Positions 25,207-35,248 of a stretch of 64,000 nt of DNA are shown here, in pieces. Position 1 is the stretch's first letter. Every line of letters begins with the position of its first letter. The stretch covers positions 2,480,001-2,544,000 of the forward strand of contig JBHGNT010000011.1 in the NCBI GenBank assembly GCA_043228905.1, written 5' to 3'. Source of the stretch: Azolla caroliniana (lineage: Eukaryota > Plantae > Polypodiophyta). A program made the translations under genes and the position numbers. A model generated the notes under the pieces. The model made no database searches. It saw only the letters and a program-made list of their open reading frames with translations, and was not told the origin of the DNA.

Positions 25207-27231
25207 TTATATTATTTTTACTTTTTCACGTAGTGTACGAAATACACTACGACACTCGCCCCCTCCGAACCCGCACATCCTCCGGTATGTGCCGAAGTTG
25301 CCGATACTCGTTGTCTCCCCTTCATCCTCCGTTTGTCCCGCTATGTCAACTTTGTCTCTCCATTTTGAATAGACCCATTCTTTCCACGCGAACCATTGTC
25401 GCCATCCGATCCACCATATTCTTTGTTCTCTCTCGTCATATTCTTGGCCCTTGTCATTCGTGGTAGTGTCTTTTACTGGCCTCTTTCTTGTCTTCATCAA
25501 CCTTGACTTTTTTCCGGATCGCTCTCGTCCGATCAACTTTCGGTTTGATCGGCTTCCGATCGGATTCGTATTCGGCCGAATCGGAATCGGTTGTTCAGTT
25601 TTGATTGAGTCAGTCTCCTTCCGGCCCGGTTTCGATCTATCGGTTTCAGTTTCGGTTGGCTTTCTTTTCCTCGTTTTCACCAGCCTCGACCGGTCCAACC
25701 TCCGGTTGAGTCGGATTAGCTTCTTTTCGGATCGGTCTCGTCCGATCGGCTTTCGGCTAGGTCGGCTTCCATCCATATTTGCGTTCGACCAAGTCCGACT
25801 CGGTCGATCGGTTTTGACCGAGTTGACCCCTTTTCGGGTCGGCTTTCTTTCGGGTCGTCTTTCGGCCGAATCCTCATTCGCCCGGTTCGGCTTTCGTTTG
25901 TGTCGTCTTTCGGCCGAATCCTCTTTTACCCGGTTCGGCTTTCTTTCGGATCGGAATCCCGTCCAGATCACCTTCCATCCTAATTGGCTTCCGACTTTAC
26001 CTTTCTTGCCGCCACCTCCCGTCTCTCCGGTCTCACGTTGCTTCTCAAACACAACTGCCGAAGTCTCTAGGATTAGTGGGTAGGAATCCTCGGTATTATC
26101 ATCCTCTGTCATTTCAACCATAGCCTCCTTCTCGGCTATCTCTCCGTCGTATGAATCGGCTTCGACCTTTGTTTTCTCTCCACCACCTTCCGTCTCTTCG
26201 GTCTCACGTTGCCTTTCGAACGCAACCGCCGGAGTCTCTGGAATCAGCGGTGGAGAAATCTCGATATGGCCATCCGCCATTGATTCGTCCATAGCCACCT
26301 TCGATTCGATGTCATCTTTCTTGGTGACCTCCTCAATCAAGTCCTCCTTGCTCTCTTTCACTGCATCAATTATGGAAACATCAATTATGCTTACCCCTTT
26401 TTCACCTGATGTTTCGGACACTTGTATTCCGAAATCTTCTTCTACACTTGGGTTATCGGCCTTATCCTTCGCCGTCGTTCTTTCGCAAGACAAGAGGGTA
26501 GCTTGTTTTACACCCTCTTCCGTCGCACCATCATGTTGTATTTCGGCCTTCATATCGGCTCCATCGTTTGTCTTCAATCGACCATCCTTCATTGGCCATG
26601 TCGTTGACAAGATTCTCATCTTCCTCTCATCATGTCTCCGGCATACCCTTTGGACTTCGGCCCAATCTTCGGTAAGACCATTCGTACCTTCATCGTCTTC
26701 GAGTTCGATCCCGATGTCCATCCTTTCTTTTCGATCGATCGATTTTACGAACATTAGGACTTTATCCTCTCCCACCAATCGTTGTTCCCACTCCGAGAGT
26801 TGAGCAAGACGATGCTCGAACTCTAGGAATGCTTGTGTTGCACTTCGGTGGGTCTTCTCCGATGCCACCCATTCGTCAAACTCGCGTCGATCTCGTCCTT
26901 TCGATCTCTTGTAGTCATATGCCTCTCGTAAAGCTTCTTCAAAGGACCCCCATGTTGGATTTTGTTGCCGTATCTTGTAGATTCTTTCTTGTAACTCATC
27001 CGTGGCTACCCGACTGAAGGATATCACTTGCAATCCTTCCGGTATCCCACATCGTATCATCTCCGCCTTGTAGTCACGTAGATAGCATGACACATCGTTT
27101 CCGTTGAATTGTCCATTTCGTTGTACGAGCCGCTTTACTGCTCCCGTGATCTCCGACATCACTCGTTGTTCTTGTAGCATCCGCTCGAACATCATCATCA
27201 TCATGTTCATCGCCTCTTGTTGATTCTCCAT
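25207..27231 (-). CDS. Gag-like protein (674 aa from the first ATG): capsid-like N-terminus, acidic region, Arg/Lys-rich region, Trp-rich segment
   Basis: Uninterrupted ORF. Its N-terminus aligns by eye to Gag of element F (GQFNGNDVSCYLRDYKAEM ~ GRFDGKDATKYLAYYGAEM; VLMFVKSIDRKER ~ VLLFVKSVDERDR; GLTEDWAEV ~ GLTTDWAAV). The stop lies within the 3' LTR. Confidence 0.8.
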   Translation of the reverse strand: MENQQEAMNMMMMMFERMLQEQRVMSEITGAVKRLVQRNGQFNGNDVSCYLRDYKAEMIRCGIPEGLQVISFSRVATDELQERIYKIRQQNPTWGSFEEALREAYDYKRSKGRDRREFDEWVASEKTHRSATQAFLEFEHRLAQLSEWEQRLVGEDKVLMFVKSIDRKERMDIGIELEDDEGTNGLTEDWAEVQRVCRRHDERKMRILSTTWPMKDGRLKTNDGADMKAEIQHDGATEEGVKQATLLSCERTTAKDKADNPSVEEDFGIQVSETSGEKGVSIIDVSIIDAVKESKEDLIEEVTKKDDIESKVAMDESMADGHIEISPPLIPETPAVAFERQRETEETEGGGEKTKVEADSYDGEIAEKEAMVEMTEDDNTEDSYPLILETSAVVFEKQRETGETGGGGKKGKVGSQLGWKVIWTGFRSERKPNRVKEDSAERRHKRKPNRANEDSAERRPERKPTRKGVNSVKTDRPSRTWSNANMDGSRPSRKPIGRDRSEKKLIRLNRRLDRSRLVKTRKRKPTETETDRSKPGRKETDSIKTEQPIPIRPNTNPIGSRSNRKLIGRERSGKKSRLMKTRKRPVKDTTTNDKGQEYDEREQRIWWIGWRQWFAWKEWVYSKWRDKVDIAGQTEDEGETTSIGNFGTYRRMCGFGGGECRSVFRTLREKVKII

Positions 27232-27887
27232 CTCCTTGCCACCCGCCTTCACGTCGGGTTCACCAACTGTGTCGTGCCTTTCGGCTCCGGATCGTTGCGT
27301 AAGTCGGGTGGGAACTGCCGAGGTTTTGGACTAGGAGAAAGAAGAATATGAGATGAGGCTAGTAATGGATAGATTATTAGAAAGAGAGATAGAAATTTCG
27401 TGAATCCCACGAGTGTATTGTAATCGATTAATCAATATTTAGATAAGAATATGTATTTAGATTGAAAGAAAGATATAAGAAACTTGTGAATCCCACAAGT
27501 ATAGATTATATTATTTTCGTGAATCCCACGATTATATTAATCGGTTGGTGTTTTCGGAAATATATCCAATTTCCAAATATTTCACACACCTATTACATTG
27601 TGCTCCCCATCCTTATGTAGTGATGGGAGAGACTAAGCATAGCTACATGCTTTTTTTTTCTAATATGTTCATGCACACTAAATGTGCATGTAATGCTTTT
27701 CTAATCCTTGCTTTTATTTGCTAAATATAGTGCTCATGCACGCTAGATGTGCATGAGTCACTTTTTAGTTGCTTGCGTTTTTCTATAAAATATTCACGCA
27801 CTCTAAAAATACATGATTTACCTTTTTAATAAAGGTAGGCGCAAATAAAGCACTTATAGTTATTAAATCTATTTGTAGAACACTAAA

Positions 27888-27960
27888 GATAAGGTAGCAT
27901 AATGGTAAAGTTGAGGTTTGGCTACGTGGAGGTACAAGGTTCGAATCTTGCCCTATGCAC
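27888..27960 (+). promoter_or_regulatory. tRNA-like Pol III A/B-box cassette in the 5' LTR of the gag-only element
   Basis: A-box TAGCATAATGG 27895-27905 fits TRGCNNARYGG. B-box GGTTCGAATCT 27938-27948. Spacing is 32 nt, and a T-run lies about 20 nt downstream. Confidence 0.65.
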
Positions 27961-29787
27961 GTGATAAATATCTTGATTTTCTTATTTTATTTATTTATAT
28001 GTAATTAAATCGGTTATATTATTTTTACTTTTTCACGTAGTGTACGAAATACACTACGACACCGGAACTGATCCAAAGGCCTTGATCATGGAAGATGAAC
28101 ACAACCGGGGAAGAGGCTTGTATCGGAGTCCCCAAAACCAGGACAAGTCGGGGATGAGGTCGAAGTCAAGGGGGAGGCCTACTTGCTTCTATTGTGGAAA
28201 ACCAAGGCACTTCCAAAAGAACTGTCGGCATTTCCAGAAAGAGAAAGGAACTGACAATGCCGATTCGAAGAAGGGCTTGGACCGAACTGGTTCGGACCAG
28301 AAAGGGTTGGATCGGAAGGGAACGCCGGCGACCACGACAAGTGAAGAAGAACTGATGCTCATCACCGAGGAGAATGAGTTAAACCTTGTCGGCGATGAGA
28401 CAATGTGAGTTGTCGATTCCAGAGCGTCGTTTCACCTGACATCGGAACGGAAATGCTTCTCATCCTACACAACCGATGATAATGGTTGTGTCCGGATGGG
28501 GAATGAAGGTACATGCCGAATTGTCAGCATAGGAGATGTGTTGTTGATGACATCAACTGGATGCAAGTTGCTGTTGAAGGATGTCCGACACGTTCTGGAG
28601 GTTTGATTGAACCTGATATCAGCTGGTCGGCTAGATGATGAAGGCAGAACGAAGTCATGAAGTTCAACAAAGGGAGCCTAATAGTAGCTCGATCCCAGAA
28701 GGTCAACACACTGTACCTGATGCATGCCCGGATATGCCGGGAAGAAGTGAACATAGCATCCGACATTGCCCGTGAGTTGTGGCACAAAAGATTGTGTCAC
28801 ATGAGTGAGAAGGGGATGCAGAGGCTTGCTGAAGACAATCTCATTCCGGTGAAGGACGTGCAACTTGAGAAGTGCACCGATTGCTTGGCCGACAAGCAAA
28901 ACCGAACCTCCTTTTGGTCAAGACCACCGATGAGACGGAATGCACCACTTGAGCTGGTGCATACCGATGTGTGTCAAGTGGACACAAAGTCACATGAGGG
29001 ATCGCAGTACTTTGTGACGTTCATAGATGACCACAGTCAGAAGCTGTGGGTCTCACCACTGAAGACAAAGGATCAAGTGTTATCTATCTTCAAGGATCTC
29101 CACGCGAGAGTGGAAAGAGAAACCGGTTGGAAGCTGAAGGCGGTTCGAGCAAATAACAGAGGAGAATACTGGGGGCAGTTTGAGGAGTATTGCCGGTTGA
29201 AGGGAATATGACTCGAATTTACCGTGCCAAAGACGTCGGAACTAAACGGGCTAGCCGAAAGGATGAACCGGACCGTGATGGAGAGAGTCCGGAGCATGCT
29301 GGCACATGCAGAGTTACCCAAGAAGTTTTGGGCTGAGGCACTGACGACGGCGACCTATGTGATAAATAGATCACCCTCAGTACTTGGGAGGAGACTCACC
29401 TCAGAAAGTATGGACCAGTAAAGATGTATCTTACTGGCATATGAAGGTGTTCAGGTGTCTCGCTTATGTGCATGTGGCAAAGGACAAGAGAGCAAAGCTG
29501 GATCCAAAGTCTCGGCCATGCATATTCCTTGGATATGGCGATGATGAGTTCGGTTACTGGGTGAAGGATCTAGTCGACAAAAAGGTGTTCTGGAGTCGGG
29601 ACATAGTCTTCATGGAAGACATGACCATTGCTGACTGGGAGTCAGAGAAGAAGGTGATGAACTCCGGATCATCCAATGAAAACCGGTTTGAGGACACAAG
29701 GACCTACCCGGTTGAAAAGCGGATGTTAGCTGGTAATTGGATGACACTCGACGAACTTGCCGGATATGGACAGGAGACCGAACTGAC

Positions 29788-29848
29788 CGAAGAAGAAGAA
29801 GAAGAAAAAGAAGAAGAAGAAGAAGAAGAAGAAGAAGAAGAAGAAGAC
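29788..29848 (+). repeat. (GAA)n expansion encoding poly-Glu in the B1 IN-RT linker
   Basis: About 19 GAA units, versus EEEVEE in the homologous B2 region. Confidence 0.9.
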
Positions 29849-31386
29849 ACTGGAACCGGTCAAGACCCCGAATCGGATGAGGATGAAGAACAAATAGAGG
29901 AACTGGCAGTCAGAAACCAAGGACGAAGATACCCTCTTCGAGAGAGAAGAGCCCCTCGGAGATTTCCGGATGTAGAGCATGTGTTGCTAACCGATGAGGG
30001 GGAGCCAGAAAGCTTCGAAGAAGCAAAGAAAAACACCCACAACCGCAAGTGGTTGAGTGCCATTCAGAACGAGATGGATTCCTTGCATGAGAACCACATG
30101 TATGAACTGATGGAGTTGCCAAAAGGGAAGAGAGCACTCTGGAACAAGTGGGTGTACAAGATGAAACCGGGAGATGCCGGAAATCCACCAAGGTATAAGG
30201 CCCGAATCGTGGTGAAGGGCTTACAACAGAAGAAAGGAGTGGATTTCGATGAGATCTTTGTCCCGATAGTAAAGATGACATCCATTCGGACGGTATTGGG
30301 CATAGCGGCAAGCATGGACCTCGAGGTAGAGCAACTGGACGTTAAGATGACATTCCTCCATTGTGACCTCGAAGAGGAGATCTACATGTATCAACCGGAA
30401 GGATTTGAGAAGAAAGCGAAGGAGCACTTGGTGTGCTGGCTGAAGAAGAGTCTATACGGACTGAAGCAAGCTTCCCGACAATGGTACCAGAAGCTCGACT
30501 CCTTCATGACCGACCAAGGGTACCACAAAACACAAGCCGATCACTGCGTGTTTGTGAAGAAATTTGACGGAGGAGATTTCCTGATACTCCTCCTATATGT
30601 GGATGATATGCTGATCGTCGGACGAGACCAAGACAAGATTCCGATGCAGAAGAAGGCCCTTAACCAGACCTTCTCAATGAAAGACTTGGGACCGGTAAGA
30701 AAAATATTGGGTATGCACATCATCCGGGACTGGTCGAAGAAGTTGTTGTGGTTGTCATAGGAGAAGTACGTGACAAAGGTGCTTCAACGGTTCAACATGT
30801 TGGAGGCGAAACTGGTCGGATCGACACTTCCGGCAAATTGCAAGCTATCCGGAAAACAAAGTCTGAGGAAAAAGGCGGAGAAGATGGATATGATGAAGAT
30901 ACCATATGCCTCTACCATCGGAAGCTTGATGTACGCGATGGTATGTACCTGGCCGGATATCAGATATGCAGTCGGAGTGGTGAGCTGGTTCATGAGCAAT
31001 CCCGGAAGAGAGCATTGGAATGCGGTCAAGTGGATACTCCGGTATTTGAAAGGCACGTCGAGTATGTGCCTCCGGTTCGGCTCCGGTAATCCCCAACTTG
31101 ATGGATTCACGGATTCGGATATGTTGGCTGATGTGGATACCAACCGGTCTACGTCCGGATATGTCATGACTTATCCAGGGGGAGCTGTTTCGTGGCAGTT
31201 GAGGCTGCAGAAGACGGTTGCGTTGTCAACCACGGAGGCAGAGTACATGGTAGCTGTAGAAATTGGCAAGGAGATAATCGGGAAGAAGGACTTCATCGGA
31301 GAGCTAGGGATCCAACAAGAGGTATACCGGCTCTATTGCGACAATCAAAGTGCCATCCACCTTGCAAAGAATGCGGCCTACCATTC

Positions 31387-31975
31387 TGACGGGAACTGCA
31401 CACTCCCTATACGCAACACTCGGCCACAACCGAGCTTAGAATCATACACAGAAAACGGGAAATAAATGCACGACACAGTGAAGAGAAGAGTACACAGGAT
31501 GTTTACGTGGAAAACCCAAACTAGGGAAAAAACCACGGCAGCCCATAGGCTGCAAACTATCACTATGTTACAGTATACAATAGTAAAGCACCGAGGCAAC
31601 AACCTCGAGCTCTCTATCTTCGCCACAGGCGGCGGTTACAACAAAGGCAACGACCTCTTCCTCTCTCTCTCTCTCTGTGTACACAGTTATGTGCTCTGAT
31701 CTCGTGCAGACAAGAATAACAACAACAACAACTACCTCAAAAAGGTTTGCCCTAAGTCATATTTATACTAATATGACTTTTCGGCTATTTACAAATATAG
31801 CCATGATGGACTCTCAGAAACATATTTACGAATATGTCTCTTCATCCGGTGAGCACTCCTCACCGGGTCTGCACCATCCGGCTCTCCGTAGCCGGGTACT
31901 CGTCATACGGTTTCGGCCGAGTATGTTCAACACTGTTCTTCTCTCTTCCCATCCGGAGGGACCTGTCTCCCAACA
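31387..31975 (-). mobile_element. Solo LTR of Copia family B (B2-like) inserted in B1 RNase H
   Basis: TG..CA ends, homology to LTR 44252-44968, TSD CATTC (31382-86 / 31976-80). Confidence 0.92.
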
Positions 31976-32442
31976 CATTCCTGGATGAAACATATCCAGG
32001 GGCGGTACCACTGGATCCAGGAGAGAGTAGAAGATCAAGAGTTCGTGTTGACGAAGATCCACACGGAGGAGAACGGGTCGGATATGCTGACCAAGGTGTT
32101 GACAACCGACAAGCTGGACGTGTGCCGAAATCGGATCGGGCTGACGAGACATCCCATGCCGGAGTGAAGGGGGAGATTGTTGGGAAATTGGTCCCTCCGG
32201 ATGGGATCCGGTTATGAATGAAGAGGACCCGATGAGAATCGCAAGAGAAGACATATTTGTAAATATTTTCTAAGTAAGCTTATTGAGGCTACATTTGTAA
32301 ATAGCCCTAAGTTCATATAAGTATATATAGGACTTAGGGCAATCCCTTAACGTGTTGTTGTCATATTGTTGTAACTATTATAAAGAGAGTGAGTGAGTGT
32401 GAGATTCCGTGCAATATTCCGTGCAATATTCTCGTCAATTTA

Positions 32443-33337
32443 ATCCTTGACAATCCACGGCCAAACGAAGTGAGCCGTCCTTTTTCTTCATAAAAAAGAT
32501 AGGAGCACCGACTGGAGACTTTGAATATCGAATAAACCCACTTGCAAGATTCTCGTCGATGTATCCTCAAAGAACCTCAAGCTCCGTTGGTGACAGATTG
32601 TAGATCAGACCCCATGGTGGCTCTTTTCCTGGCTGTAGATCAATGGGATAATCGTATGGCCGATGCTTTGGAAGTACACTAGCTTTGACATTGTCGAAGA
32701 CATCAACATATTCTTGGTACTTTTTAGGAATGTAGACCTCTGACTTCCCTTGAGTGTCACTAGAAGGTGCAACTGATATGGCAAATAAGAATAGATCTTC
32801 TTTTGCTCCTTCTTGGCATAATTGTTGTAGGGTGATGGTTGAAATCTGATGAAGAGGAACAACGTGTTTGGTAGATGGTGAATTGGTAACACTATGTCTT
32901 TCAAGAGGAGGATCCTGGGTTCGACCCTTGACTACTATGTTTCCTTTTGAAGGGCACCTAATTTCTCGTCGTTTCCAATCAATTCTTGGGTTGTGTAGCT
33001 TGAACCATGGCAAACCAAGCACTATTGGATGCTCAGGGCTACGGATTATGTTAAAGGAAACTACACATCCCAGATCACCTAAGAGTATGTGTATCGGCTC
33101 AGAATCCTCAAATATCTTTCTAGAAGCTATGGGACGTCCCTCAATCACTACTACAGAAATTGGGCAAGGAAGTTTATGCAAGGGTATTTGATGTTTTCGG
33201 GAAAAATCTCTATCCATGAAACAAGAATTGGCTTCGGTATCTAAGAGAGCTGGGACATGAAGTTGAAAACTTGGTGTCCTAACTTGTACTTGGGCAGAGA
33301 AAACTCTACTAACATGCTTGGAAGAGATGGAACCCAC
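32443..33337 (-). pseudogene. Chromovirus protease and RT N-terminus remnant
   Basis: ALLDTEANSCFMD (decayed D[S/T]GA), IVLGLPWFKLHNPRIDW, LPKHRPYDYPIDL. Confidence 0.85.
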
Positions 33338-33393
33338 ACTAGGCTATACAGATCTAGGATTGTCCAACCAAAGGGCTCCGATTTTGACCGGAC

Positions 33394-34551
33394 TTATTCG
33401 TTTGACTCCTCTTCTAATTGGCTTAGGACCTCAAACTTATTGGATAGAGTTGGATTACTAGAATCACTAGTTGGCACAGTTTCAATGATGCTAGACTCAT
33501 TTCCATTATCGTAGTTAATGTGATGTACCTGACGTCTCGGTCTGTGTGGGCAATGAATGATAATATGTCTTGGACCTCCACAATATAAGCATAGTCGATT
33601 TGCTCGACGACGTTGTTTCTCTTCATCCGATAACGGTCCTCGTCGCCGGGTCATATCAATCTCCATCGGTGTCAGGCTATCCATTGGTGTTGGGCTACGT
33701 GCTTGCCGTGGAGTTGGGACGGGGCTATATTGTTGCCTTGGAGATTGTGCCGTCAGTGATGCATAAGTTGGCTTAAATGTTGATCTTGTTTGTTGCTGTT
33801 GTCGCTCAGACCGACGCTCAGAAAGCCGATTATCACACCATATTGCTCGGCTAATAGCTTTTGTAAGGGATTTTGGATCCTTAGGGAAGGTAAGAAGTAA
33901 ATCTTTTACATCTCCACAGCGGCCTGAACGAAACTGCTCCATTAGGGCTTGTTCGTCCCAAGGAATATCACTTGCAATGAGACGAAAATTGGCTGCATAC
34001 GTTGATGCTGGTTGATCCCCTTGTCGTAGTGTGTGAATCTTGTTGATTGCCGTTCTTACACTATATGTGTCTTCGAAGCAAGCCTTAAACTCTTTGATAA
34101 ATTCTTCAAAGTTGTTAAGTAGGGGAGAATTTGCTTCTAGTAATGGAGCATACCATGACAATGTTGTGCCAGTCAATAAAGTGCCCACTAACCCGACTCG
34201 AGATGAATCCGTTGGATAATGCGTGGGATGCATCTGGATCACCAACCGCACTTGATTTATAAAACCCCGAAAATGTGCTTTGGAACCATCGAATTTAGCT
34301 GGGAGGCTGATTTTGGGTTCCTTAAGAACTCCTTGACTGTCGACTTTTAGTTGTTGTAAAGCTACTATTGCCAACTCTAATCGTTGAACCCTTTGTGTAA
34401 ACTCGTCGTGTATTTGTTGCTTCTCTACAGAAACCTTATGTAGATCTTCAAGTAGTCGTTGATTCTCTAGCTCTAGTGATGCAAACTTGCTTTTGAGATT
34501 CTCCATTTCTGCAACAAGGGCAAGGTATTCTTGTGGGTTGCTAGTAGCCAT
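33394..34551 (-). CDS. Chromovirus Gag (385 aa)
   Basis: LPAKFDGS, LRQGDQPASTYAANF, PMEID, LCLYCGGPRHIIIHC zinc knuckle. Confidence 0.88.
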   Translation of the reverse strand: MATSNPQEYLALVAEMENLKSKFASLELENQRLLEDLHKVSVEKQQIHDEFTQRVQRLELAIVALQQLKVDSQGVLKEPKISLPAKFDGSKAHFRGFINQVRLVIQMHPTHYPTDSSRVGLVGTLLTGTTLSWYAPLLEANSPLLNNFEEFIKEFKACFEDTYSVRTAINKIHTLRQGDQPASTYAANFRLIASDIPWDEQALMEQFRSGRCGDVKDLLLTFPKDPKSLTKAISRAIWCDNRLSERRSERQQQQTRSTFKPTYASLTAQSPRQQYSPVPTPRQARSPTPMDSLTPMEIDMTRRRGPLSDEEKQRRRANRLCLYCGGPRHIIIHCPHRPRRQVHHINYDNGNESSIIETVPTSDSSNPTLSNKFEVLSQLEEESNE

Positions 34552-35017
34552 GGGTACTAAGTAGTGTTTGTGAAAGAGGGTAAAGGAGAAGAAGTTCGAA
34601 TCAAATTGTCAGAACAAAGCAATAGATTCAACGATTGAAGGAAGGTATAAGAGAATAGAAGAAGAGAGGAGAATAGATTGATAAGAGAAGAGTGAGTTTA
34701 TTAGAATAGGAGTACAAGGATGAGTTGGATACAAGGTAGGCTTGGAGCTGAAGACTGGTGTTGATTCAAATTGATATGATATGATCTATTTGTCTCTATT
34801 TATAGGTTTCTATAGAATAACTTAGAGATTTCTAAAATGTTTTGGACCTAGAATATTTTAGGATGTTCCAGAAGATTTCTAGAATGTTCTAGAAAGTTCT
34901 AGAAGTTTCTTTGATACAATAATCACTATGAAAAGTAGCCTTTATCATTTCACGTCTTGATAGGTTATCTTAATGGTTAGGCTTCGAATTTCGTAATACG
35001 AAGTCTTGGGTTCAAGT

Positions 35018-35213
35018 TGTCGAATACGAGTGTATAATGGCCGTATTCACACTATCCCTTTGGACAACCCAAGTTTGGGTTATTTCTGTAAATAGCATAA
35101 AGGGCAGTTGCCCTAGGATAGTCACTATATAAAGTGACTTTGTAACCTTTAGTCGTGGTGGTTGTCATTTTGTAACTGTTGCTATTAAGAAATAAACTAT
35201 TTCTTTGTGCCTA

Positions 35214-35248
<35 letters not shown>

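Larger units (their letters stand above)
24463..28061 (-). mobile_element. Young gag-only non-autonomous Gypsy-derived LTR element (TR-GAG-like)
   Basis: 792-bp LTRs 24463-25254 and 27270-28061 are nearly identical (1 substitution noticed). 18-nt tRNA-Trp PBS 27248-27265, PPT 25255-25266, 4-bp TSD CCGG. Single ORF, no pol. Confidence 0.92.
23391..32437 (+). mobile_element. Ty1/Copia family B element B1 (Tnt1/Tork-like), decayed
   Basis: 5' LTR 23391-23870, degenerate iMet PBS, gag-PR-IN-RT(YVDD)-RH fragments, PPT 32161-32175. 3' LTR 32178-32437 is internally deleted. 5-bp TSD ATTTA (23386-90 / 32438-42) restores the host RT frame VD.QGLNKVT. Confidence 0.92.
20276..35017 (-). mobile_element. 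Ty3/Gypsy chromovirus (Tcn1-like), decayed, interrupted by Copia B1 and Copia C
   Basis: 3' LTR 20276-20732 (TG..CA) with PPT at 20733-20746. Chromodomain remnant EYEVASILDSK, then integrase, RNase H, RT, protease and gag. 5' LTR 34607-35017 is cut by the insertion at 35018. Confidence 0.9.

Noticed and set aside
25451-26803. Long plus-strand ORFs antisense to the gag-like ORF
   Set aside because: Expected shadow ORFs of a repetitive, codon-biased sense ORF.
27888-27960. Calling the LTR cassette a functional tRNA gene
   Set aside because: Acceptor, D and anticodon stems are incomplete. Only the boxes, spacing and T-arm are tRNA-like.
33337-33420. Programmed gag/pol frameshift site in the chromovirus
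   Set aside because: pol is in the -1 frame, but G TCA AAC is not a canonical slippery heptamer and the copy is decayed.
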